From: Myxococcales bacterium
Lineage (GTDB): Bacteria > Myxococcota_A > Polyangia > Polyangiales > GCA-016699535
Assembly: GCA_020633325.1 (NCBI GenBank)
Contig: JACKDX010000001.1
Coordinates: forward strand, 1,522,179-1,586,178
DNA length: 64,000 nt
Direction of reading: 5' to 3'
Shown: piece by piece, positions 43,304-52,451 of the stretch
How positions within the stretch are numbered: position 1 is the stretch's first letter
Layout of the letters: each line of letters begins with the position of its first letter
Made by a program: the position numbers and the translations under genes
Notes under the pieces: generated by a model
Database searches by the model: none
Told to the model about the DNA's origin: nothing
What the model saw: only the letters and a program-made list of their open reading frames with translations

Positions 43304-44910
43304 TTGAATCGGGTGAGTACTCCTTCGATCTTGAGCAGGATGCGCATGTGCCTGAGGTGGTGTCGGGCACGGACCGTAACTTTGGTGATTACCAGCTTCG
43401 CTATCAAATCGCTTCCGGCGGCATGGGGACGGTGTATCTTGCACGCGACTTCGGGCCGGCAGGGTTCGTGCGAGCGGTGGCGGTAAAGCGCATCCATCCG
43501 CATCTTGCCGGCAAGCGAAAATTCGTAGACATGTTTCTCGATGAGGCACGCATTGTCTCGCGCATCAGCCACCCCAACGTGTGCCGCATTTACGATTTCG
43601 GCCAGGTGGGAGGCACTTATTACATGGCCATGGAGTATCTCGTGGGAGAGTCACTTGCCGGAGTGATGAACGCCATGGTCAAAGATCCCGCGCGCTTTGA
43701 TGAACCGCGATGGCACGCCCTCGCGTGCCGAATAGTCGCCGACGCCGCAGAGGGCTTGCATGCCGCCCATGAGCTGCTCGACGAGAACGGCACGCCTCTC
43801 AATGTGGTCCACCGTGATGTCTCGCCCCACAATCTATTTGTCAATTATGATGGCTCGATCCGGGTGCTGGATTTTGGCGTGGCATTCGCGGCAGAACGGC
43901 TGCATCACTCAACCACCGGAACGGTGAAGGGAAAATACGCCTATATGGCGCCAGAGCAAATCAAGTCCAAGGACTTCGATCGGCGCGCCGATATTTGGGC
44001 GCTCGGCGTGTGTCTGTGGGAAATGCTTACGGCGCAACGGCTGTTTCGGCGGGACTCGGAGGTGGACACCATTTTGGCCGTAGGCAGCGTCGACATTGAG
44101 GCGCCATCTCAACACCGACCCCATTTGCCTCCGAGCTTGGACAGAGTGGTAAAGAAAGCCCTCGAGCGCAATCCGGAAGATCGATATCCCACAGCTCGGG
44201 CACTCGGCAGGGAACTGTTGAACGTCGTCAGCGATTTAGGGATCTCCGCCGGGCCTGCGGAGCTTTCGGACTGGCTGAAGCTGTTGCTGTACGAGGAGCG
44301 CGAGGAGAAGCTACACATGGTCGAAACGGTGCTTGAGTCGCCGGCGTCCGCGGCCATGAAAGGCATTGCGGCCGCGGATGCTCAAGAAGCGGATGCCTCT
44401 CTTGCGACACCGATTGTGCGCCTCAATGGCCCCTGGTTTGCATCAACCAAAGCGCGCTGGGTAGCGGGGCTTGTGATCGGCAGCATTGCACTCGGATTAA
44501 TAGTTTTGGGGCTTGCGCTAGGTAATAATTTGGCGACGTCTCTACCGCAACCGGCGCCGCTCAGGGTCATAACCCCAGCGACGCCTGTCGTGATGGATCC
44601 CGTTTCGTCATTTGGGGTTGAGCCACTTGCGGCGAGTAAGGGTGCTGACCATGTTCTGCCCAAGGCAGCTTCGCGAGACAGCAGCGAAACTCTCGGCATC
44701 GGGTATGTCAATATCGTCACCCAGAACGGATGGGCGGACGTGTACGAAGGGCCGCGTTATTTGGGACGAACGCCGCGACAGATTCGGCTTTCCGATGGCC
44801 ATCATGTCCTTGATGTCCGTCCGTTTGGGAGGGAGCCATCCCTGAGAAGGCCGGTGACCGTCCGTGCGGAGCGGGTGACGCGGGTTGTCATTGATCTTCA
44901 GAGCCAATAG
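43294..44910 (+). CDS. Hanks-type Ser/Thr protein kinase with TM segment and C-terminal PEGA domain
   Basis: SGGMGTVYLA, AVKRI, HRDVSPHNLFV, DFGVA, YMAPEQ. TM WVAGLVIGSIALGLIVLGLAL. PEGA-like GYVNIVTQNGWADVYEGPRYLGRTPRQIRLSDGHHVLDV. 10-nt overlap with the upstream gene. Confidence 0.92.
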   Translation: MAVIESGEYSFDLEQDAHVPEVVSGTDRNFGDYQLRYQIASGGMGTVYLARDFGPAGFVRAVAVKRIHPHLAGKRKFVDMFLDEARIVSRISHPNVCRIYDFGQVGGTYYMAMEYLVGESLAGVMNAMVKDPARFDEPRWHALACRIVADAAEGLHAAHELLDENGTPLNVVHRDVSPHNLFVNYDGSIRVLDFGVAFAAERLHHSTTGTVKGKYAYMAPEQIKSKDFDRRADIWALGVCLWEMLTAQRLFRRDSEVDTILAVGSVDIEAPSQHRPHLPPSLDRVVKKALERNPEDRYPTARALGRELLNVVSDLGISAGPAELSDWLKLLLYEEREEKLHMVETVLESPASAAMKGIAAADAQEADASLATPIVRLNGPWFASTKARWVAGLVIGSIALGLIVLGLALGNNLATSLPQPAPLRVITPATPVVMDPVSSFGVEPLAASKGADHVLPKAASRDSSETLGIGYVNIVTQNGWADVYEGPRYLGRTPRQIRLSDGHHVLDVRPFGREPSLRRPVTVRAERVTRVVIDLQSQ

Positions 44911-44929
44911 GGATTATAGGTGAGGTTTT

Positions 44930-47005
44930 ATGACGGCGCGCGACTTGGTGTTTGAAATCGGTACTGAAGAGTTGCCCGTCTCTTTCGTGAAGGGCGCGAT
45001 ACGTGCCTGGCCTAGCCTCTCTGAAACGGCCTTCCGTGCCTCACGCTTAAGTCATCAGGGCGTTCACGTCATGGGGACCCCGCGGCGTCTGGTGCTTTGC
45101 GTGCGTGGCTTGGTGGCTCGCCAAGCTGATCTCAAAGAACAGGTTCAGGGGCCACCCCGTCAGATTGCCTATGACAAGGACGGATCCCTGAGTCGTGCGG
45201 GGAAGAAATTCATTGAAAAGCTCGGGGTTTCAGAAGCAGATCTGGAAACCGTCACGACACCCAAAGGTAAGTATATCGCAGCTCGGCGGCATGAGCCGGG
45301 CCGCGAGACAGGCGAAGTGCTGCGTGAGCTCTTGCCCAAACTGGCGGCGCAGATTCCGTTTCCAAAGATGATGCGATGGGGGGACGGCCAGGTCGCATTT
45401 GGACGGCCTGTGCAATGGCTCTTGGCACTGTTGGGCGATGAAGTCGTTGATATACAGTTTGCCGAGATTGTTTCAGACCGCTACACGCGCGGCCATCGTT
45501 TTTTGGCCAATGAACAGGCCGAAGTGCGCGATGCAACCCAATACGCACAGGTGCTGGCCGAGAAGCACGTGCTCTTGGATGGCAAAGCGCGCGAGACAGT
45601 CATCGGCGAGCAGCTTCTTCGAGCAGCAAGTGTCCTCGATGCGGAGTTGATACCGGATCCAGAGTTGATCGAGGAGTGCGCATACCTCGTCGAAGAGCCC
45701 CACGTCGTGTCGGGTACCTTTGATGCGCAATACTTGGAGCTTCCGGAGGAGGTCATCGTGGCATTGATGCGAGGGCATCAGCGCTACTTCGCCGTGCGCG
45801 ATCCGGAAGGCGGTGGCCTAATGCCTCACTATTTGACGGTAGCCAATACCGCAGTCTATCCGGAAATGGTTAGCCAAGGGAACAATCGAGTGCTGGGGGC
45901 GCGATTGCAAGACGCGCGCTTTTTCGTACACGAGGATCAAAAACGGACGCTGGCGGAGCGAGTCGATCGACTTGAGAGCATTGTGTTTCAAGCCCAGCTT
46001 GGATCTGTGGGCGCCAAAGTGCATCGCTTGAGCGGGTTGGTCAGTGACCTGGTTTCACGTTCAGGCGCCACAGAGGAGACGCGTTCGGTTGCTCAGCAAG
46101 CCGCTGGGTTGTCGAAGGCAGACTTGTTGACACTGATGGTGGGCGAGTTTCCCGAATTGCAGGGCGTGATGGGCCGCTTTTATGCCCTCAAAGAAGGTCT
46201 GCCCCCGCTCGTAGCCGAAGCTTTGTATGAGCAGTATTTGCCAAAGGGCGCCGGCGCGCTGCTTCCCACGACCCACGCTGGCGCGATACTTGCGCTGGCA
46301 GATCGGCTAGATAGCCTCGTCGGATGCTTTGGCGTCGGCGTGATGCCAGACGGATCGGTCGATCCCTTTGCATTGCGCCGGGCCACGTTGGGCATCATCC
46401 GTATCGCGCTCCATGGGCCCATGGACGTTGATTGGGGATATGCGCTTGGCGCTGCCTACGATCGCTACGACGCTGGCACATTACGGGATCGCGCAGGCAC
46501 GTTGAAAGCGCTCGATGCGTTTGGGCGTGCACGGCTGAGAGCGCTCTACACTGCCGATACTAGGGCTGATATCGTGGATGCGTGTCTATCGGCCTGGCAA
46601 TCCGATAGTTTCCGCGACCTCGATGAGCGTATGCGCGCGCTCGTGGCGTTCTGCGCCTCCCCGAACTACGGGCCTCTTTTAACCGCATTCAAACGCGTGT
46701 TTAATATTACAAAGGGCGTATCCCCGATGGCGGTGGACCGGGCTTTGCTGACAGTACCGGCGGAGATTGCCTTAGCGGAGGCGTTTTTCGAGCGTAGAGC
46801 CACACTTGACCGCGCGCTCCAAAAAGGGGCTTATGCAAATGCCCTCGAGGAAGCAATGACACTCCTCGTGCCGATAGACCGCTTTTTCGAGGAGGTGTTT
46901 GTCATGGATGAAAATCCAGACGTTAAGGCTAACCGCCTACACTTATTAGCGAATATTGCACATACCTTAACCCACATCGCTGATTTTCGGGCTTTGGAAG
47001 TATAA
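44930..47005 (+). CDS. glyS: Glycine--tRNA ligase beta subunit
   Basis: LVFEIGTEELP, MRWGD, FGRPVQWL, RGHRF, DPFALRR. 691 aa. Confidence 0.95.
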   Translation: MTARDLVFEIGTEELPVSFVKGAIRAWPSLSETAFRASRLSHQGVHVMGTPRRLVLCVRGLVARQADLKEQVQGPPRQIAYDKDGSLSRAGKKFIEKLGVSEADLETVTTPKGKYIAARRHEPGRETGEVLRELLPKLAAQIPFPKMMRWGDGQVAFGRPVQWLLALLGDEVVDIQFAEIVSDRYTRGHRFLANEQAEVRDATQYAQVLAEKHVLLDGKARETVIGEQLLRAASVLDAELIPDPELIEECAYLVEEPHVVSGTFDAQYLELPEEVIVALMRGHQRYFAVRDPEGGGLMPHYLTVANTAVYPEMVSQGNNRVLGARLQDARFFVHEDQKRTLAERVDRLESIVFQAQLGSVGAKVHRLSGLVSDLVSRSGATEETRSVAQQAAGLSKADLLTLMVGEFPELQGVMGRFYALKEGLPPLVAEALYEQYLPKGAGALLPTTHAGAILALADRLDSLVGCFGVGVMPDGSVDPFALRRATLGIIRIALHGPMDVDWGYALGAAYDRYDAGTLRDRAGTLKALDAFGRARLRALYTADTRADIVDACLSAWQSDSFRDLDERMRALVAFCASPNYGPLLTAFKRVFNITKGVSPMAVDRALLTVPAEIALAEAFFERRATLDRALQKGAYANALEEAMTLLVPIDRFFEEVFVMDENPDVKANRLHLLANIAHTLTHIADFRALEV

Positions 47006-47012
47006 GGAGAGG

Positions 47013-48620
47013 ATGAATCGCACGGGTAAGAATGGCCGGCAGGCGCGCCCCGATCTCGATTCAGCGCCCATGGACACCTGGCCCGACAACTCTGCTCGGG
47101 TGCCAAATGCGCAGACGCAGGATACTTGGCCGGATACGCGCCAGTCAGGACAGCTCTCATCGCGAATGTTGCGCGACAACCAGGAGTCAGTTGCCACGCT
47201 TCCTCCGGATCCACTCGTGGGTAAGATCTTAGACGGTAGGTACGAAGTTCAGCATGTCATCGGCGCAGGCGGTATGGGCGTCGTCTATCAGGCGAGACAT
47301 ACGACGCTCGGCAAGCTCTTGGCCGTTAAGGTGCTTAGAGGCGATCATCTCGATACCAGCTCCATGCGCCGCTTCAAACAGGAAGCGCAATCCGCCAGTG
47401 CGATTGGGCACGAGCATATCGTGGATGTCATGGACTTCGGCGCGTTGCCCGACGGCTCGACCTATTTCGTGATGGAATATCTCGCGGGCATCTCGCTCAA
47501 AGCTGCTCTCAACGCCAGCCGGACCCCCTTTTCGGTGACGCGCGCAATACACGTGGCGCGCCAGATCGGCGCCGCGCTTGCCGAGGCTCACGTGCGCGGC
47601 GTGGTGCATCGGGACCTCAAACCAGACAATGTCTTTTTGGTGAAGCGTGGAGATGACTCGGACTTCGTCAAAGTGCTCGATTTTGGTATTGCGAAGGTCA
47701 ACAGCGGGACAAGCACGCTGACACGCGCTGGACAGGTTTTTGGGACGCCACATTACATGGCCCCGGAGCAGTGCGCCGGGACCCATGTTGATGCGCGCAC
47801 CGACATTTACGCGCTGGGGGTCATTCTTTACGAGATGGTGTCGGGCAGTGTTCCTTTCGAAGCGGATAACTGGATGGCTATTTTGTCGTTACACCTCTAC
47901 GAACCGCCGCAGATGCTGGCTGAGCAGCCCTTGGCAAAAAACCTCCCCCCGGCGCTTGAAGCAATCATCATGAAATGTTTGGCGAAAGATCCGGAACATC
48001 GTTATGCGAGTATGCCAGACCTTATTGTGGACCTCGAGCGTGTCTATGATGGCGCAAGCAACCCGAGAGAACTCGGCCTGAATCTCAAACTGGTTCAACG
48101 TCTTTCTCGCCCAAGTGAGCTTCCCCTGAGGAGAAAGCCAGGAGCAGCTAGGTGGCGGTCTTTAGCCGGTGCGTTGCTTGCGCTCTTGTTGGTGGCAGCG
48201 GGTGTTGCGGTGGGAATTATCATGACCCGCCGCAACGAGAGGGCTGCTAGCACAGCCACGGCGATGCCGAAGCCCATGGCGGTCGGGACCGCTGCTTCCA
48301 TACCCGCCACCACCGTTTCTGAAACGGTACGCGTGACGACGGAGCCTGAAAAGGCGCAAGTGCTTGAGGCGGGAATGCTGCTCGGGACCACGCCGCTCGA
48401 GGTGCCCCGTCCCCTTGGCGAAGCCGAACGCGATCTGGAGCTAAGAAAGCCGGGGTACGCTGCGCGGCGTCTGCGCATATTTTCAAACACCCCTTCGGCG
48501 GTGCAAGTGGCGCTGTCCCGAAAGGCGCCCTTCACCAAGCCTTCGCGAAATAGCACCAAGAAGCCGGGCGCCAAGCCCCAGGAGAATGATGGAGAACTTC
48601 GCAATCCCTGGACGGAGTGA
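47013..48620 (+). CDS. Hanks-type Ser/Thr protein kinase with TM segment and C-terminal PEGA-like domain
   Basis: SD GGAGAGG lies just upstream of ATG 47013. GAGGMGVVYQA, AVKVL, HRDLKPDNVFL, DFGIAK, YMAPEQ. TM LAGALLALLLVAAGVAVGIIM. VRVTTEPEKAQVLEAGMLLGTTPLEV. Confidence 0.92.
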   Translation: MNRTGKNGRQARPDLDSAPMDTWPDNSARVPNAQTQDTWPDTRQSGQLSSRMLRDNQESVATLPPDPLVGKILDGRYEVQHVIGAGGMGVVYQARHTTLGKLLAVKVLRGDHLDTSSMRRFKQEAQSASAIGHEHIVDVMDFGALPDGSTYFVMEYLAGISLKAALNASRTPFSVTRAIHVARQIGAALAEAHVRGVVHRDLKPDNVFLVKRGDDSDFVKVLDFGIAKVNSGTSTLTRAGQVFGTPHYMAPEQCAGTHVDARTDIYALGVILYEMVSGSVPFEADNWMAILSLHLYEPPQMLAEQPLAKNLPPALEAIIMKCLAKDPEHRYASMPDLIVDLERVYDGASNPRELGLNLKLVQRLSRPSELPLRRKPGAARWRSLAGALLALLLVAAGVAVGIIMTRRNERAASTATAMPKPMAVGTAASIPATTVSETVRVTTEPEKAQVLEAGMLLGTTPLEVPRPLGEAERDLELRKPGYAARRLRIFSNTPSAVQVALSRKAPFTKPSRNSTKKPGAKPQENDGELRNPWTE

Positions 48621-48699
48621 CGAGAGACTTTAACGAGGGTTCAAGGGAATTCCCCCGCTACTGGTTGCGAGCACCGCGAAACCCGCATACAAACCGGGC

Positions 48700-50019
48700 A
48701 TGTATCGCCCCCGATGGCTACAACCCGTGTTGTGGGGATTGGTCAGCTTCGCTGTCGCCTGCGATTTAACCAACCCGGGCGTCGCGACGCCGGATGCCGC
48801 CATCTACTTCCCCGTAGCCTTGGCCTTATCGCCCCAAATGTGCGGCTCTGGCCCGTGCACACTCTATGTCGCAAACTCCAACTTTGATCTTAGATATCGT
48901 ACCGGCAGCATGCAAGCGCTCGATTTGGAACGGGTCGGGGCGGCGGTACGCGACTGTGGCGAGCCCCCGTGTGAGTTTCCGGACTATGGCAGCTTCATTC
49001 GCCCCCACGGCGAGGTGTTGATTGGTTCGTACGCCGGGGGCATCGCTGTCTCTCCTGAAGGCGATAGAGTGTATGTGCCCATCCGCAGCGATGCGAATCT
49101 CACCTATATCGATGTCTCGGCGGATGGCGGCTTGGATTGTGGAGGACGAGGGGAGAAACATGAATGTGCCTCCGCACATGAGCGCGGGCGGCAAGGCTCG
49201 AGCAATGCCCGTGGCCTCAGTATGCCCCGCGACCCCATTACCGTGCTGGCCGGACCTGTTGGCCCCGCGCCCGGAGGTGGGCAGTCAGGCAATTTCATCG
49301 TGACCGGCCATGGTGACGGAAGCGTGACCTTATTCCTAGAGCAGGACGAGGGGGGAGGCATCAAAGCACCGGTGCTGATCGATGTCGACGATGGATATCC
49401 AGAGGGCCTCAGCGCGCTCGACTACGATTCGCTTACGGCGACGTTATACGGAACAACGCGCGCCGAAGCATTGTTTGTAAGCGGCGGGATCGCCGTAAAC
49501 CCCACCTTGGTGGAGCGCTCGTTTGTCTATCAATCGGCCAGCTGGCGCTACGCGGGACTTGATGACGGAAGCGACACTCGGGATGTGGCGGTTGATGCAC
49601 AGGCAAGACGTGCGTATGTCATTTCTCGACGGCCCCGTGCGCTGCTCATCGTGGATCTAGATGCGCAAGCGAGTTCGGGACAGGTTTCGGTCTCAGGCAT
49701 GGTTCCTTTGGGTGACGGGCCTTCCAAGGTAAAGGTCGGTTATTTTAATGAGGCAAACAAACGTTTGATCTTCGTAAGTTGCTTTGATGCACCGGCCATT
49801 CACGTGATAGATGCAGACTTGAGGAGACTGAGCGCGGTCATCACAGGATTTGGTGGACCGTTTGACATCGCGGTCGATCAAGCGCGCGGTTTCATTTACG
49901 TCGCAGATTTTAGCAGCTCGGTGATTCGCGTGGTGGATATCTCCCAGTTGACAGAAGGGTTGGGAGCAACAGTCGTCGCGACGTTGGGAGAGCCGCGCTC
50001 GGTGAAGGTGGTCCAATGA
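48700..50019 (+). CDS. Beta-propeller repeat lipoprotein (YVTN/LVIVD-like repeats)
   Basis: Lipobox SFAVAC. Recurrent strand motifs LYVANSNFD, VYVPIRSDANLTYIDV, AYVISRRPRALLIVDLD, LIFVSCFDAPAIHVIDADL, IYVADFSSSVIRVVDIS. Confidence 0.7.
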   Translation: MYRPRWLQPVLWGLVSFAVACDLTNPGVATPDAAIYFPVALALSPQMCGSGPCTLYVANSNFDLRYRTGSMQALDLERVGAAVRDCGEPPCEFPDYGSFIRPHGEVLIGSYAGGIAVSPEGDRVYVPIRSDANLTYIDVSADGGLDCGGRGEKHECASAHERGRQGSSNARGLSMPRDPITVLAGPVGPAPGGGQSGNFIVTGHGDGSVTLFLEQDEGGGIKAPVLIDVDDGYPEGLSALDYDSLTATLYGTTRAEALFVSGGIAVNPTLVERSFVYQSASWRYAGLDDGSDTRDVAVDAQARRAYVISRRPRALLIVDLDAQASSGQVSVSGMVPLGDGPSKVKVGYFNEANKRLIFVSCFDAPAIHVIDADLRRLSAVITGFGGPFDIAVDQARGFIYVADFSSSVIRVVDISQLTEGLGATVVATLGEPRSVKVVQ

Positions 50020-52451
50020 CAGGCCGCATCCGCACTGGCACAGTCCTAGCCACACTGGTTTCTGGGTATTTGGCCGCGTGCGGCTCGGACCCCCGCGTGC
50101 TCGATCCCCCGAGCTTTGATCGCTCCGAGCGCCTCGAGTGGGCATGTTTCGGCAAAGCGCAGGGTGTGGCGGTGCCGCTTGAAAAATGCCGTGTTATCGA
50201 GGGACAGACGCTCCCTGAGCATCTGCGTCTTCACGTACTTGTGACACAAACAGCGCGCGGGGAGATTGGGGCCATCGACATTGACTATGCCGATGCGAGC
50301 AAGAGCCGCAGGGTCGATAACGATATCCGCGTGCCAGGTTTCACATTTCCAGCCGTCGGAGAAATCCCTGCTGCGCTCGTGGTCCCCACCCAGCGCCCCG
50401 ATATTACCTACACGGCTAATTTTGGTTCGAACGACATCACACTTCTCGCGACGGCAATATTCCGCGCCAGCACGCTTCCGCCTTGGCCGGAGCAAGCGGC
50501 GTCAGTGCCGTTGCCGGGAGCGCCGACTGACATGGTGCTCTCCCCCGATGAAGATGCGCTTTTCGTCGCGCTGCCCGAGCTCGGCGCAGTCGGGGTGCTA
50601 AAAATCGCCAGTAACGGCGCGCTTTTTCCTCCGACGTTGTTGCCTTTGACCACGCCTGCGGGGATGGACGTCACGTTGTCACAGGAAGCAGACCCTTACG
50701 TGAAAGTATGTCCGGCAGATGCCCGCCTCAGCCCGACTGATGCCAGCGTAGTCCCACCTGCGCGCTGCATGCAAGGCGAGTGCGCGCAGGCGTCTCCCAG
50801 GCCCTGGGCGCTTGAAGTGGATGCCATCTCCCGTCGGCTTCTCGTCGCCGATGCGTCGTTGCCTGTGGTGCACGTGATTGACGTGGATCTATTAAAGGAT
50901 GGGGATGCGGGCGCGGAGCTTACGCCCGTCAACGTCGGCTCGCCAACTGTGGATCTAACGCTGAGCCCACCTGTGCCGAGGGCGCTTGTTGGCACGTGTG
51001 ATCCCGTCAATCCCAGTGCTGCATGTGAGCGGTATCTGTATGCGCTCGATGCCATCGACGGCTCGGTAATTCCCATTAACTATTCCGACGGCTCTGTCAT
51101 TGCTGTCGCGTCGGGTTCGCAGGGACGGCCTGATCGCATTCATCTGGCTGCGCCGGGCACCTCGCTTGCGCTCATCGCGTCGGATACTGACACGCCCGTG
51201 GTGTGCACCCCGGGCAGCGATATCGACGAACGCGCGGGCCCTAATCAGCTGCGAGGGGTGTTCGTGGCCGTACCGTTACGAAATGGGCTCGTGCAATTTA
51301 TTGATGTGTGGGATCTCGATGCGCCATGTCGCGGCGGTCCGAAGTGCGACGACCTGGCCAGTGAAACCGGAGGCAGTGTGTACATCGGGCGCCATCGCGC
51401 TAGGCTGGTGTCTGTCAGCAATGGGGATGTGGGGCTTTTGGCGAGCCCGACCGTGACGACGCTCTCGAGTGCGGCCACGTTTCCGCCAACCGGTGTTACC
51501 GAATCCGATCTCTTACCCGATCTTGCAGCCGTCGGCGATTGCCCTCCCGATCAACAGCGTGGCTTTCCCGACGCGGCGTTTGAAACGGACATCCTTGTTT
51601 GTGCGACCTCCGATCCCTGGGAGAGGACCGTCGAGACCTGGGCGGCGACCTGGCAAGGAGAGCTTCCCGGGGCCAGCGGGGGCGGGGGGCGCCTCGTGGC
51701 CGAAGGGCATAATATTACAGCTACAACGAATTTTTGCGGTGTTGGTGTAATTGGGGCCGCTGATATTGCGGATTCTGGCCTTAGCGATAGCGATCCCGAG
51801 TTCGGTTACGACGGCGACAGGGTAGTGATCATGTCGAACCTGCCCGTAACTGCGCCTCAGGATTGCCAGTCCCTCGTCCAGACGGGATTATCGGGAAGAA
51901 CCCTACCGTTGGCGTTTGCCGTGGAAATGGCGAAGCCAGATGAGTTGGTGCTGTCATCTCAAACAATCGGCTCGGTGTCGGCGAGCTTTGAGCGCGTCGC
52001 TGAGTGTTTTGGGGAACTCGTTCAGTTCGCTGTCACCGCGAGGGACGCCTACTTGGTGAAGGGCGACAGGTCGGGGGTGCGTCATCGGGTGATTGAAGAG
52101 AACGGTCGCTGTCTCGTCGATAGGGCGCTCGATGTGCGCCATCAAATGCGAGCATTTTCGGGAGTCGTTTACACGAATGGGGCGTTGAGTTTCAAGCTGG
52201 CCCAGCCCAAGGCCGCTGTTCCAGAAGGGGAAGAGGTTAACGTGTACTTCCCCCTGAGGGAGCTCTTACGCCCGATCACTATTGATGCCGGCGCATCGAA
52301 CATCCGGAATACCGCGGCGGGAGACGGCACCCTTCCGAGCTTTATCAGGTTTAGCACGAGCAATCAGCGACTTTATACCGTAGACTCCGCCCTTAGCGGG
52401 GTGGTCCAGTTTGATGTGACGCCCCTGGCCGCTGAGAGCTTTTTTGAGTGA
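50016..52451 (+). CDS. Large lipoprotein with beta-propeller-like repeats
   Basis: ATGA overlap with the upstream gene. Lipobox YLAAC. Motifs LFVALPELGAVGVLKI, LLVADASLPVVHVIDVD, LYALDAIDGSVIPINY, VFVAVPLRNGLVQFIDVWD, LYTVDSALSGVVQFDV. Confidence 0.65.
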   Translation: MTGRIRTGTVLATLVSGYLAACGSDPRVLDPPSFDRSERLEWACFGKAQGVAVPLEKCRVIEGQTLPEHLRLHVLVTQTARGEIGAIDIDYADASKSRRVDNDIRVPGFTFPAVGEIPAALVVPTQRPDITYTANFGSNDITLLATAIFRASTLPPWPEQAASVPLPGAPTDMVLSPDEDALFVALPELGAVGVLKIASNGALFPPTLLPLTTPAGMDVTLSQEADPYVKVCPADARLSPTDASVVPPARCMQGECAQASPRPWALEVDAISRRLLVADASLPVVHVIDVDLLKDGDAGAELTPVNVGSPTVDLTLSPPVPRALVGTCDPVNPSAACERYLYALDAIDGSVIPINYSDGSVIAVASGSQGRPDRIHLAAPGTSLALIASDTDTPVVCTPGSDIDERAGPNQLRGVFVAVPLRNGLVQFIDVWDLDAPCRGGPKCDDLASETGGSVYIGRHRARLVSVSNGDVGLLASPTVTTLSSAATFPPTGVTESDLLPDLAAVGDCPPDQQRGFPDAAFETDILVCATSDPWERTVETWAATWQGELPGASGGGGRLVAEGHNITATTNFCGVGVIGAADIADSGLSDSDPEFGYDGDRVVIMSNLPVTAPQDCQSLVQTGLSGRTLPLAFAVEMAKPDELVLSSQTIGSVSASFERVAECFGELVQFAVTARDAYLVKGDRSGVRHRVIEENGRCLVDRALDVRHQMRAFSGVVYTNGALSFKLAQPKAAVPEGEEVNVYFPLRELLRPITIDAGASNIRNTAAGDGTLPSFIRFSTSNQRLYTVDSALSGVVQFDVTPLAAESFFE

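Noticed and set aside
48645-48654. Perfect 10-bp palindrome GGGAATTCCC in the 79-nt gap upstream of the beta-propeller/mutS unit.
   Set aside because: It occurs once, with no second half-site or recognisable promoter context. It may be an operator but cannot be supported from sequence alone.
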